A DNA stretch of 64,000 bases from Clostridia bacterium (GCA_017531925.1 JAFXKD010000005.1:10817-74816), one strand, 5' to 3'; shown: positions 35,493 to 44,760, counted from the stretch's first letter. Program-made: numbers and translations. The notes: generated by a model from the sequence alone, not told the origin.

Positions 35493-36404
35493 CTATATAA
35501 GTGAAATGTTATAGGGTGTTACCTGATAAACGTAGTAATTGAGCCAGTTTGAATATATGAGCGAGGTGGTGGAATACCAATTGGGGTTTATCTCGGTCAT
35601 AGTTTCATCCACAAAGTAGTTCTTGGGCGGATCGATAGGCAAGCCCTTTGCAACGTCGCGAAGATACTCCGTCTTAAGTGTTTCCTTGCTGTATTCAAGG
35701 TGTCCCATAAAGTATATCTGACGCCCGTCGCGCGAGCGAAGAATGGATGCTCCCACCTCGTCGCTTCTCGCAAGTGTTACAAGATCGTCGATCTTGGCAA
35801 TTTCATGCTCGCTTATCTCCGTATGGCGCGAGTGGGGGATGTTGATATACTTATCCGTTCCCTTCAGTAGCGGATCGTAACGCATAACCTTTTCGTGCGG
35901 AAATATTCCGAAAACCTTTTTGGGAAGCTCCGTTTTCTGCAAGCCGTAATAGTAATGAAGAGCCGCTTGTGCTCCCCAGCAAATGAACACGGTGCTTTGC
36001 ACGTTGGTGCGCGCAAAATCCATAATTTTTGTAAGCTCCTCCCAATATTTGACCTCCTCGAACGGTATCGTTTCAACGGGCGCGCCCGTGATTATCATTC
36101 CGTCGAAGCGGCGGTCCTTTATCTCGCCGAAGGTCTTATAAAACCTGTCAAGATGATGCTCCGGCGTGTGAGTGCCCGTATAGGACTCGGTGGCAAGGAG
36201 CGTCACCCTTATCTGAAGCGGTGAATTTGAGAGCATACGGATAAGCTGAGTTTCCGTTTCCACCTTCGTTGGCATAAGATTGAGGATCGCTATCTCAATG
36301 GGTCTTATGTCCTGACGAAGCGCACGCTGCTCGTTCATCACGAATATATTCTCGCTTTTCAGAGTGGAATATGCAGGCATTTCCTGCGGAATTATAATTG
36401 GCAT
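35493..36404 (-). CDS. metA: Homoserine O-acyltransferase (MetA family; acetyl or succinyl specificity not assignable)
   Basis: N-terminal MPIIIPQEMPA...IRPIEIAILNLMPTK. ICWGAQAAL active-site Cys region. C-terminal NWLNYYVYQVTPY. Confidence 0.93.
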   Translation of the reverse strand: MPIIIPQEMPAYSTLKSENIFVMNEQRALRQDIRPIEIAILNLMPTKVETETQLIRMLSNSPLQIRVTLLATESYTGTHTPEHHLDRFYKTFGEIKDRRFDGMIITGAPVETIPFEEVKYWEELTKIMDFARTNVQSTVFICWGAQAALHYYYGLQKTELPKKVFGIFPHEKVMRYDPLLKGTDKYINIPHSRHTEISEHEIAKIDDLVTLARSDEVGASILRSRDGRQIYFMGHLEYSKETLKTEYLRDVAKGLPIDPPKNYFVDETMTEINPNWYSTTSLIYSNWLNYYVYQVTPYNISLI

Positions 36405-36421
36405 TATTCTTCTTCCTTAAA

Positions 36422-37696
36422 TCAAATTTGTGAAAGCGCACCGTCAAGGTCTGCAATAATATCATCGATATTCTCAATGCCGACCGAAAGACGAATGAGA
36501 TTATCGGCAATTCCGATATTCTCAAGATCCGCAGCGGATAACTGACGGTGAGTGGTGGATGCGGGGTGGAGCACGCAGGAGCGCACGTCCGCTACGTGAG
36601 TTACTATGGCGATCATTTTAAGTCCCTCCATAACGACCGTTGCGGCTTCCGAGCCTCCCTTTACGCCAAAGCTGAGCATACCGCCCTGTCCGTTAGGCAT
36701 ATATTTTTTTGCAAGCGAATGATACTTGTCGCTCTCAAGCGAGCCGTATTTTACCCACTCGACCTTGGGATGTTGTGCAAGATACTCCGCTACTCTCTCC
36801 GCATTTCTTGAATGTCTTTCCATACGGAGCGCGAGAGTTTCCATACCGAGATTGGTAAGGAATGCGTTTTCGGGGCTCATTATAGCACCGAGATCGCGCA
36901 TCATCTGAACGCGGCATTTTGTTCCGAACGCCTTTTCGCCAAGCGTTGAATACACAAGTCCGTGGTAGCTATCGTCGGGAATATTGAATTCGGGATATCT
37001 GTCAGATATGGCAAAATCGAAGTTTCCGCAGTCAACGATCGCTCCGCCAAGGGCTACGGCGTGTCCGTCAAGATATTTTGAGCTTGAATAAAGGATCACG
37101 TTTGCACCGAAATCACGGGGCTTGCACAAAACGGGAGTTACAAGGGTGTTATCCACCATAAAGAGAATGCCGTGCTTATTGGCAAGTCCTGCAAGCTTAT
37201 CGAAATCAAGCACCACTATGGTGGGGTTGGCTACCGTTTCGGCAAAGATGATCTTTGTATTTTTATCGATGAGCTTTTCGATATTCTCCGCGCTGTCGTC
37301 GGGGTCGAAGAAGCGCGTTTCTATGCCGTATTTTTTAAGTGTTACGGAGAAAAGATTGTACGTGCCTCCGTAAACCGCGGACGATGAAACGATATTGTCA
37401 CCCGCGTTACTAACGTTGAGAACCGCGAGCATTGTCGCGCTCATACCGGATGCGCAAGCGATCGCACCCGTGCCTCCGTCAAGCATTGAGAGCTTTTCCT
37501 CAAAGGCATTAACGGTGGGGTTGCCTATTCTGGAATAAAAATATCCGTCAGATTTGAGATCGAAAAGGTCTGCCATAGGCTGAGCCTTTTCATAGTAAAA
37601 AGTTGTGCTTTTAACAACGGGGCAAACTCTTGCCTCTCCGCTTTTGGGACTGTACGCTCCCTGCACGCAAACAGTATCAAGCTTTTTGTTTTTCAT
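36422..37696 (-). CDS. metY: O-acetylhomoserine aminocarboxypropyltransferase/sulfhydrylase (PLP-dependent, Cys/Met metabolism family)
   Basis: Motifs YSRIGNPT and SSSKYLDGH (PLP lysine), plus the C-terminal LIRLSVGIE. Confidence 0.92.
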   Translation of the reverse strand: MKNKKLDTVCVQGAYSPKSGEARVCPVVKSTTFYYEKAQPMADLFDLKSDGYFYSRIGNPTVNAFEEKLSMLDGGTGAIACASGMSATMLAVLNVSNAGDNIVSSSAVYGGTYNLFSVTLKKYGIETRFFDPDDSAENIEKLIDKNTKIIFAETVANPTIVVLDFDKLAGLANKHGILFMVDNTLVTPVLCKPRDFGANVILYSSSKYLDGHAVALGGAIVDCGNFDFAISDRYPEFNIPDDSYHGLVYSTLGEKAFGTKCRVQMMRDLGAIMSPENAFLTNLGMETLALRMERHSRNAERVAEYLAQHPKVEWVKYGSLESDKYHSLAKKYMPNGQGGMLSFGVKGGSEAATVVMEGLKMIAIVTHVADVRSCVLHPASTTHRQLSAADLENIGIADNLIRLSVGIENIDDIIADLDGALSQI

Positions 37697-37739
37697 TGTG
37701 ATACCTCTCTATATATAAGAATTAATATACTAACATAAA

Positions 37740-37768
37740 ATTATAACACAGATTCTGAGAGTTGTCAA
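37740..37768 (-). promoter_or_regulatory. Consensus sigma-A promoter of metY
   Basis: Minus strand reads TTGACA (37768-37763), a 17-nt spacer, then TATAAT (37745-37740). This leaves a leader of only about 36 nt. Confidence 0.65.
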
Positions 37769-37817
37769 TAAATTGGTATAATTATTAACATTTGAGTGGC
37801 AAGTTTTGGTTTGTCGG

Positions 37818-37983
37818 GATGTAAGTTTTATTGAACATCCCTCTCAGGCGCGATGCGCCAGCTCTCCCAGAGGGCGAGCCTTCTTATCGTGAGCGCTTAC
37901 AACCTAAAGCTCTCACTCCGGGAGAGGTGGTCGCCAAAGGCGGATGGTGAGGGTTTCCTAAGGAAACAGGGTGGACGGTGAGG
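37818..37983. repeat. GC-rich structured intergenic repeat, copy A
   Basis: About 90 percent identical to 38002-38180. Contains nested palindromes (ccctct..agaggg enclosing ggcgcgatgcgcc; gtgagcgctt..aagctctcac). Confidence 0.85.
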
Positions 37984-38001
37984 CTGTTGAGAATTTGTCA
38001 T

Positions 38002-38180
38002 GATGTTAGTTTTATTATACATCCCTCTCAGGCGCGATACGCCAGCTCTCCCAGAGGGCGAGCCTTTTTATCGTGAGCGCTTGCAACCTAAGCCTCTCAC
38101 TCCGGGAGGGGTGGACGCCATAGGCGGACGGAGAGGGTTTTCGAAGGAAACAGGGTGGACGCCATAGGCGGACGGAGAGG
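38002..38180. repeat. GC-rich structured intergenic repeat, copy B (with an internal duplicated 28-nt block gggtggacgccataggcggacggagagg)
   Basis: Direct repeat of copy A with a 184-nt period. Confidence 0.85.
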
Positions 38181-38253
38181 ACGCTAATATAAAACTAACT
38201 TTTTCAAACGAACCTTAAAACCCCGAATTTATTATACAAATTCATATAATCCG

Positions 38254-38282
38254 TTGCAATTTGATATTTTTTATGCTATAAT
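38254..38282 (+). promoter_or_regulatory. Sigma-A type promoter for the small Cys4 protein gene
   Basis: TTGCAA (38254-38259), a 17-nt spacer, then TATAAT (38277-38282). Confidence 0.55.
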
Positions 38283-38315
38283 ACATACGAGCAGGAATGA
38301 AAGGAGAACGGCACT

Positions 38316-38489
38316 ATGACTCTTTGCGAAAGCTGTGTATATTTTGATTACGACGAGGAATACGACGATAACGTTTGCACGATAAATCTTGACGAGGATG
38401 AGTACGTCCGTTTTTCACAGAGCAAGGGCAAGCAATGTCCCTATTACAAATTTTACGACGAATATAAATCGGTGCATAAGCAGATATAA
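38316..38489 (+). CDS. Small acidic Cys4 protein, 57 aa (MTLCESCVYFDYDEEYDDNVCTINLDEDEYVRFSQSKGKQCPYYKFYDEYKSVHKQI). From memory it resembles a clostridial DUF family of small zinc-ribbon-like proteins; unverified.
   Basis: ATG at 38316 lies 8 nt after AAAGGAGAA. It has its own promoter and terminator. It is below the ORF-track cutoff. Confidence 0.6.
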   Translation: MTLCESCVYFDYDEEYDDNVCTINLDEDEYVRFSQSKGKQCPYYKFYDEYKSVHKQI

Positions 38490-38497
38490 ATACAAAG

Positions 38498-38525
38498 AAG
38501 CGAGCCGTATGGCTCGCTTTTTTTG
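38498..38525 (+). terminator. Rho-independent terminator
   Basis: aagcgagcc / ggctcgctt stem with gtat loop, followed by TTTTTT. Confidence 0.8.
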
Positions 38526-38527
38526 TA

Positions 38528-39568
38528 TTAATCTAAAGTAACTACTTTATTTACGCCGATAACATCATCTTTATCAACAACAAATGCAAAAAATGCGTAT
38601 TGCATATCACACGTACCCATATTAGGCTCGTCAGTTCTTATCACTACGTAAACTTTATCTTCCGAAATGTAAAGATTATCTACTGTCAATCTTATGGATC
38701 CCGAGCCTCGAGCTACCATTCGTGTAAGTATCAATGCATTTTCTTCAAAAAACTCTTCATCGTATTTATCTCTTACGGCATTTATTTGTCCCATTTCATA
38801 ACGAGCCATTAGATCATCCGATGTTTCCCAAAGCTTTATCAGTTCATCCAGATAAGCGCAGTACTCCTCTTTGCTTCTGATTATAATATTCTTGCAAATT
38901 TCCGTTCTAACCGCACAAGGAGCCGGCTCATATTTCAAGATGGTTGGATAATCGGTATAACACTCAATTTTAGGCATATAGCTTCGATCCCAATAGCACT
39001 GCATATATATATCGAGGCTTTTAATTAGAGTTTCACTTTCGCAAATTTGATTGAGCTTTTGGTGGACATTTTCAGTAAAATCATTTCTTTCAAATGTTAC
39101 ACGAACCGTTTCTATCGAATTCCAAGCGCTAATCTTAGCATCTGCAAAGAGGTTTTTCATGTCGTATTTTTCCACAATAGCATCGACAGATGCTCCTTCC
39201 TCTAAATCAAAAGAACAAGAAACACTATACACCGGATTATAGAAATATTTATATTCGGGGTTCTCAGCTTGTAATTCAAAAAACTTATCTCTCAACGATT
39301 GCTCGTAATCAAGCACGATTTGAGCAACTCCAAACGGATTTGATACATAGCCACAAGCGTCACACATATCGTCTTCATTATGATCATAATGCTCCTCAAT
39401 TATATCAGGACCGGGACAACCACAGGTGTATTGCTTGAAGTGCCCTGATTCGTGTTGGATATACTCATAGGTATGCTCACCAAAATTAAAGGCAGAGTGC
39501 AGTAGCTTGCACGAAGTGAAAGGAACAAGAATAACCAATACCAGGATCAACAACAATATCTTTTTCAT
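38528..39568 (-). CDS. Hypothetical lipoprotein with N-terminal Cys/His cluster
   Basis: Signal peptide with lipobox FTSC. The cluster HESGHFKQYTCGCPGPDIIEEHYDHNEDDMCDACGY is present. No recognisable family. Confidence 0.7.
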   Translation of the reverse strand: MKKILLLILVLVILVPFTSCKLLHSAFNFGEHTYEYIQHESGHFKQYTCGCPGPDIIEEHYDHNEDDMCDACGYVSNPFGVAQIVLDYEQSLRDKFFELQAENPEYKYFYNPVYSVSCSFDLEEGASVDAIVEKYDMKNLFADAKISAWNSIETVRVTFERNDFTENVHQKLNQICESETLIKSLDIYMQCYWDRSYMPKIECYTDYPTILKYEPAPCAVRTEICKNIIIRSKEEYCAYLDELIKLWETSDDLMARYEMGQINAVRDKYDEEFFEENALILTRMVARGSGSIRLTVDNLYISEDKVYVVIRTDEPNMGTCDMQYAFFAFVVDKDDVIGVNKVVTLD

Positions 39569-39601
39569 AGAAATTCCTCCTTTTTTTCAAATTTGTACAA
39601 A

Positions 39602-40189
39602 TTACATCTCTATCAAAACCGCCCTGCAAGGAGAACCCTCAAGCCCCGCCAAATTAAGCGGAGCGCAGCTGAGGATATACCTTCCCTCTCGCGCTTTATC
39701 AAGGACAATTCCTTCGAGCAACACAATATTTTTTGAAAGCAATATTTTATGCACCGCCATAGGAGAGTCGACGGGTCCGACGCTTTGGCTCTCGTTTCCG
39801 AGAAGCAAGATATCCGCCTCCGCAAACACTTGCGCTCCCTTTTCGGTCACGGTGGCTTCACCCCTTATAAGGATCCTTCTGTCAGCGCCTGATCCTCTTG
39901 CTTTTTCAAGTATCTTTTGCGCTTTTTCCGCTGAAATATCCCCATTTTCCTCACAAACGAAGCATTCGCCTACGAAATATTCAAGGGGAATCTTATCGAC
40001 CGATCTTCCGTCCTCAAAAAAGTGGAGCGGAGCATCTATATGCGTGCCGTTATGCGCGCACATCGAGAAAGCGGAGAGATTGTAAAGCTCTCCCCTTTTC
40101 ATATCTGTTATTCTTTCTGCGCTCGGTGTGGGGTCGCCCTCATAGACCTCGCACGAAAGTACTTCCTGCGAAATATCAATAATTTTCAT
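39602..40189 (-). CDS. Cyclase-family protein (kynurenine formamidase-like metal hydrolase)
   Basis: HNGTHIDAPLHF matches the HxGTHxDxPxH motif of the putative cyclase family. Confidence 0.82.
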   Translation of the reverse strand: MKIIDISQEVLSCEVYEGDPTPSAERITDMKRGELYNLSAFSMCAHNGTHIDAPLHFFEDGRSVDKIPLEYFVGECFVCEENGDISAEKAQKILEKARGSGADRRILIRGEATVTEKGAQVFAEADILLLGNESQSVGPVDSPMAVHKILLSKNIVLLEGIVLDKAREGRYILSCAPLNLAGLEGSPCRAVLIEM

Positions 40190-40190
40190 A

Positions 40191-41033
40191 TCAATTTTCC
40201 GCCGCAGTGAGTGTATTCTGAAGAAGCATAGTTATAGTCATAGGTCCTACGCCGCCCGGAACGGGGGTAATATACGATGCCACCTCACTAACGGACGCAA
40301 AATCGACGTCGCCCGTAAGCTTACCCTCGGCATTTCTGTTCATTCCGACGTCGATGACCACCGCGCCCTCCTTTACCATATCAGCGGTAACGAAGTCCGC
40401 TCTGCCTATCGCGACCACAAGGATATCAGCTCTGCGGCATACCTCTTTCAAATCCTTTGTTCTGCTATGGCAAACGGTTACGGTGCCGTTCTTTGCAAGG
40501 AGAAGGAGCGCCATTGGCTTACCAACGATATTTGAACGACCGATGACAACACATTCTTTGCCCGATATTTCAATACCTGAGCGGTGGAGCAGCTCCATAA
40601 TTCCCGCGGGGGTGCAGGGCAAAAATTTGGGGTCTCCGATAGTAATTCTGCCAACGTTATAGGGGTGGAACGCGTCAACATCCTTTTCGGGCTTTATGCG
40701 AAGTATTACCTCTTCCTCATCAAGATGCTTTGGCAGAGGAAGCTGCACGAGTATTCCGTGAACGCCGGGGTCGCCGTTCAGCTTATCGATAAGCGCGTTA
40801 AGCTCGTCCTGAGTCGTGCTTTCGGGCATTTCGTAAACCCACGAATTAAATCCCACCTGCTCGCAAGCCTTTTTCTTATTTCTGACGTAAACCTGCGAGG
40901 CGGGGTTTTCTCCGACTATGATCACCGCAAGTCCCGGGCGCGAGCCCGTTTTTTCGTTGTATATCTTTACTTTTTCTGCAATCTCTTCTCTTATCTGAGC
41001 GGATATTGCTTTTCCGTCTATTATCTTAGCCAT
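40191..41033 (-). CDS. folD: Bifunctional methylenetetrahydrofolate dehydrogenase (NADP+)/methenyltetrahydrofolate cyclohydrolase
   Basis: Motifs [48 protein letters not shown]. Confidence 0.95.
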   Translation of the reverse strand: MAKIIDGKAISAQIREEIAEKVKIYNEKTGSRPGLAVIIVGENPASQVYVRNKKKACEQVGFNSWVYEMPESTTQDELNALIDKLNGDPGVHGILVQLPLPKHLDEEEVILRIKPEKDVDAFHPYNVGRITIGDPKFLPCTPAGIMELLHRSGIEISGKECVVIGRSNIVGKPMALLLLAKNGTVTVCHSRTKDLKEVCRRADILVVAIGRADFVTADMVKEGAVVIDVGMNRNAEGKLTGDVDFASVSEVASYITPVPGGVGPMTITMLLQNTLTAAEN

Positions 41034-41982
41034 TGTCAGTATTTTCGCTCTTCTCTTCTGCTTTATTTTCTTCTGCCTTCTTTTCTTCCTTCACTTCAAG
41101 AGCGTGCGCGTTATTTACGATAGCAAGCTTGGAGTCGGGATGATTCTTGACATAGATGAGACCGTAAACTATGAGCGCTGTCGCTACGGCAAAAAGCAAA
41201 AATCCGAGAAGCTGAGATACTCTTATTCCCGTATCGCCGATGTAGAGCGCATCCGTACGGAGTCCTTCAATGAACATTCTTCCAAAGCCGTACCAAGCAA
41301 AATAATAGAGCGCGTTCTGTCCGTCAAATTTCTTCTTTTTGAAGAAGATATTGATGAGAATAAATCCAAGGATATTCCAAAGAGACTCATAAAGGAAGGT
41401 GGGATGAACGTAAACCATATCGTAAGTTCCGAAATCCCCGTAGGTATTTCTTGAGATAAGTCCCATTCTGAGGAAATAAAGGGGATGTCCCTCTTGTACA
41501 AGTCCGCCGTAGGCTTCACCGTTAAAGAAATTACCCCAACGTCCCATAGCCTGCGCGATCATAACACCGGGGCCTACACAGTCGAATAGCTTTCTCCAGC
41601 TGATCTTTTTGATAAGGCAGCAAACGAAGATGGTTATAGCTCCCGCTATGATTCCGCCGTAGATCGCAAGTCCGCCGCTTCTGAGATTTAACACATCCCA
41701 AATGGTTTTGAACTGATTGGGTGAAAAGGCTACGTAATAAAGCCTTGCGCCTACAACGCCGAAAAGGATGGTGAATATGGCTATATCGGTGAGGTCATCA
41801 ATGGATATACCCGACTGCTTGCAACGGAAAGCAGCATAGCCTATCGCCATAAGCATACCGAGCGCGATGACCACGCCGTACCACATAACCTCGAAGCTTT
41901 CACCTATCGTAAAAGCCACGTTTCCAAGGTCGAAGTTATCTATCCCAAGTCCCGGGAAAGAAACAGTAATATTTTTTAACAT
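41026..41982 (-). CDS. lgt: Prolipoprotein diacylglyceryl transferase
   Basis: Polytopic. Motifs [36 protein letters not shown]. Lys/Glu-rich C-terminal tail. Confidence 0.93.
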   Translation of the reverse strand: MLKNITVSFPGLGIDNFDLGNVAFTIGESFEVMWYGVVIALGMLMAIGYAAFRCKQSGISIDDLTDIAIFTILFGVVGARLYYVAFSPNQFKTIWDVLNLRSGGLAIYGGIIAGAITIFVCCLIKKISWRKLFDCVGPGVMIAQAMGRWGNFFNGEAYGGLVQEGHPLYFLRMGLISRNTYGDFGTYDMVYVHPTFLYESLWNILGFILINIFFKKKKFDGQNALYYFAWYGFGRMFIEGLRTDALYIGDTGIRVSQLLGFLLFAVATALIVYGLIYVKNHPDSKLAIVNNAHALEVKEEKKAEENKAEEKSENTDNG

Positions 41983-41994
41983 AACAATGTCCTC

Positions 41995-43281
41995 CTATTT
42001 ATTCTTTATAACGGAGAGCGCGTAGCACTCCTTATCAAACGATTCGTAAAAGCATTTTTGCACGTCATCAAAGCTGACGCTCTCTATTATGCTTCTGTAT
42101 TCGAAAAGCTCGCCACCGTCGAACACGATATTCATAAGTGAGCCTGCAATATCGTCAACATTATCGAAATCCCTTAGAAATTCCGCGTACATCACTCGCT
42201 TGCATCTCAGAAAATCGCGCTCGGACAGTCCTCTTTTCTTTATTCTTTCAACGTATTCCTTAACCCTTTCAAGAACGAGTGCAGGATCGTCCCCCTCTCC
42301 GTATATGGAGTGGAACGCCGCGTCGCGCGTGATCGAATAGCCGTAGGAATACGATTCGTTTATATATCCTCCCTCGAAAAGCTCGCCGAAAAGCTCCCCC
42401 GCGCGGGAAAACAGCATCTCGTCAAGGATGGTCATAGCAACGTCGCGAAGCAATCTTTCCCGCGGATCATCCGCGGGCATTGCATCCTTGATCCCTATCT
42501 CGAATATCGGCTGGCTTACCGACATTCTTTTTTCTATGTACGGCTTCTTTACCGCTCTTGAATATGAAAGCGTGGGTAAGGTGGGCGGCTCTGCCGCTTC
42601 GTGATCCTTAAGTATATCCTCGACCGTGCGCAAGACCCTATCACGATCGACGTCTCCGCAGACTACGAGCGCCATATTGGAGCAACGGTAAAAGCTTTCA
42701 TAACAGCTGTAAAGAGTTTTTTCGCTTATCTTAGCGATGCTCCTCTCATCTCCAAGCACGTCCGACGAGAGCTTACACTTTCCGTAAAGGGCGGTAAGAA
42801 GATTTCTTGATACCGTATCGTACGGACTGTCAAGGCACATCTTGATCTCCTGCGTGATTATCCCTCTCTCGCTTGCCACGTTCTCCGCCGTAAAATGCGG
42901 ATCATACACAAAGCTGACAAGCTCTGCAAGAGCTTCTTCAAAATTTTCCGTGCAGGAAAACATATATACCGTTTTATTATTTGAGGTATAGGCATTCGCA
43001 TCCGCTCCGAGCGACGCGAGTATCTCGCAGGCATCGACTCCGTCCTCGCTTGAAAAGAGCTTATGCTCAAGAAAATGAGATATTCCGTCGGGATAGCTCA
43101 CCGTTTTGCCGTCAACGATCGCTCCATCCTCGTAAAATGAGCCGAGCTTTACGCCGAGCCAGGCGGTCTTTTGAGTCATCCTTTTTGGAAAAACGTAAAT
43201 ATCAAGCCCGCTTTTGTGCTTTGTATAGTAGTATTTTTCCTTTAATACCTTATCCTCGTATATTTTGAAGCAGTTATTCAT
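41995..43281 (-). CDS. M16 (pitrilysin/insulinase) family zinc peptidase, catalytic-type subunit
   Basis: The inverted zinc motif HFLEH (HxxEH) is present. Confidence 0.85.
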   Translation of the reverse strand: MNNCFKIYEDKVLKEKYYYTKHKSGLDIYVFPKRMTQKTAWLGVKLGSFYEDGAIVDGKTVSYPDGISHFLEHKLFSSEDGVDACEILASLGADANAYTSNNKTVYMFSCTENFEEALAELVSFVYDPHFTAENVASERGIITQEIKMCLDSPYDTVSRNLLTALYGKCKLSSDVLGDERSIAKISEKTLYSCYESFYRCSNMALVVCGDVDRDRVLRTVEDILKDHEAAEPPTLPTLSYSRAVKKPYIEKRMSVSQPIFEIGIKDAMPADDPRERLLRDVAMTILDEMLFSRAGELFGELFEGGYINESYSYGYSITRDAAFHSIYGEGDDPALVLERVKEYVERIKKRGLSERDFLRCKRVMYAEFLRDFDNVDDIAGSLMNIVFDGGELFEYRSIIESVSFDDVQKCFYESFDKECYALSVIKNK

Positions 43282-44584
43282 AGTCCGCCTCCGGATCCTC
43301 CCCTTCTCCGCGCAGGAAATAAACCGTGTGGAGCGAGAGCCTTTGCGCTGCTCTTACAACGTCGTCCCGAGTCAGGGTGGATATTTTTTTAAGAAAGCCC
43401 TCAAGGTCGATCTCCACGCCGCTTATTATCCTTCCGAGATAAAATCTCTCTATTGCATTCGGAGAATCGCACACCGCCGCATATACGTTGGATATGGATT
43501 TTTTAGCGGCGGATAGCTCCGCGTCGCTGATATTTCCGTTCTTGATATCCGCGACCTGCGCCTCTATCGCCTCTCTTGCGAGCAAATAATTATCGGAGTC
43601 TATTCCCGTAGTTACGAACACCGCCCCTCTTGCGCTATTATACACAGATGAACATTCGTAGCAGAGCGAGAGCCTCTCGCGAACGTTCATAAACAGCTTT
43701 GAGACGGGGGATGCGCCGAGTATCTCGTTGCAAAGGAGCATCGCGTAATAATCGGAGTCGTGCCACGTTGTGCGGCAGTTATATCCCATAACGAGTCTTC
43801 CCTGCGATGCCTCAAGACTCTCGATGACCTCACGCGGCTCGCCGGCGTTTTCCAAAAGAGGAACGTCCCCTTTTCCGATGACTGAAGCCGTGCTTCCCTT
43901 CGCTTCGGGCATTATTTTTTCAAGCTCACGCGCTATTTCGGCTGCGGAGCGATTTCCGACGTAAAAGACCACAAGCTGAAGAGAGTCAAGTATCTCGCGG
44001 TAGCATTCCGTAATGGTCTGCGGCGTTTGCGCATCTATTCGCTCACACATACCGTCAAGCGTATCCACTACTCCGAGCGATGAAAACATCTCCTCGCGGC
44101 ACCTTATTGCCGCATAGGTGCGGGGCTCGTTCATCTGGGACAGTATTATGCTCTTATAATTTTCCTTTTCACTGTTGACGTATTCCTCAAAAAAAGCGTC
44201 CGTATTTTCGTCTATAAGGGGCTTAAAGAGCATCTCGCCCATCACCTTGGCGGCCTGTGAGAGAATGTCCTCATCCCCCGTATAATCACGCTTTATCACA
44301 TCAGCGGATATTCCGAGAAGCTGTATGCCGTCATATTTCTGATTTTTCAGACTGACAAGAGTTGCATAAAGCTCATCAAGGCGTTCGTTTATCTGTCTTT
44401 GCGACGGATAGCTCTCGGTCCCGCGCTTTAATACCGACAAAAGTAATGAGCGCGCCACGTTCTTTTCCTTTTGCGTGGGAACGCAAAAAAACACGGAAAT
44501 ATTCTCGCTCTTGAATGCGTCGGTTTCATATTTATAGATCTTTATACGGTCAGAGACTGACGTATATTCAATAGCATTCATCAT
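43274..44584 (-). CDS. M16-family peptidase-like protein lacking the HxxEH motif (probable non-catalytic partner)
   Basis: Same length and fold pattern as its neighbour. LLLSVLKRGTE occupies the position of HxxEH. There is an 8-nt overlap with the downstream partner gene. Confidence 0.8.
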   Translation of the reverse strand: MMNAIEYTSVSDRIKIYKYETDAFKSENISVFFCVPTQKEKNVARSLLLSVLKRGTESYPSQRQINERLDELYATLVSLKNQKYDGIQLLGISADVIKRDYTGDEDILSQAAKVMGEMLFKPLIDENTDAFFEEYVNSEKENYKSIILSQMNEPRTYAAIRCREEMFSSLGVVDTLDGMCERIDAQTPQTITECYREILDSLQLVVFYVGNRSAAEIARELEKIMPEAKGSTASVIGKGDVPLLENAGEPREVIESLEASQGRLVMGYNCRTTWHDSDYYAMLLCNEILGASPVSKLFMNVRERLSLCYECSSVYNSARGAVFVTTGIDSDNYLLAREAIEAQVADIKNGNISDAELSAAKKSISNVYAAVCDSPNAIERFYLGRIISGVEIDLEGFLKKISTLTRDDVVRAAQRLSLHTVYFLRGEGEDPEADYE

Positions 44585-44760
44585 TTTTTCACTTTCAAAA
44601 ATATGTATTCAGTTTATTTTACACTATTTTTTGTGATTTTGCAACTATTAGTTATGTTTTTATTTGTAAATTATTTGTTTACACTTGCATAAATCGATAA
44701 AATGTGCTAAAATAATCAAGAAGGAATATTAATTTGCCGCTTGCGGCAGAAGGAGATATA

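Noticed and set aside
37697-37820. An expected S-box (SAM-I) or T-box leader upstream of metY.
   Set aside because: A consensus promoter sits only about 36 nt from the ATG. I could not find S-box core strings (for example GAGGGA...GGCAACC in the right order) or a T-box sequence on the minus strand, including within the repeats at 37818-38180. A covariance-model scan would be decisive.
37818-38180. A possible CRISPR array.
   Set aside because: There are only two units, each about 170-180 nt, essentially contiguous and without unique spacers. No cas genes are in the window.
39507-40085. A plus-strand 192-aa ORF opposite the cyclase-family gene.
   Set aside because: It is antisense to a gene carrying the diagnostic HxGTHxDxPxH motif, and its translation is Ser/Pro/Ala-rich and low-complexity.
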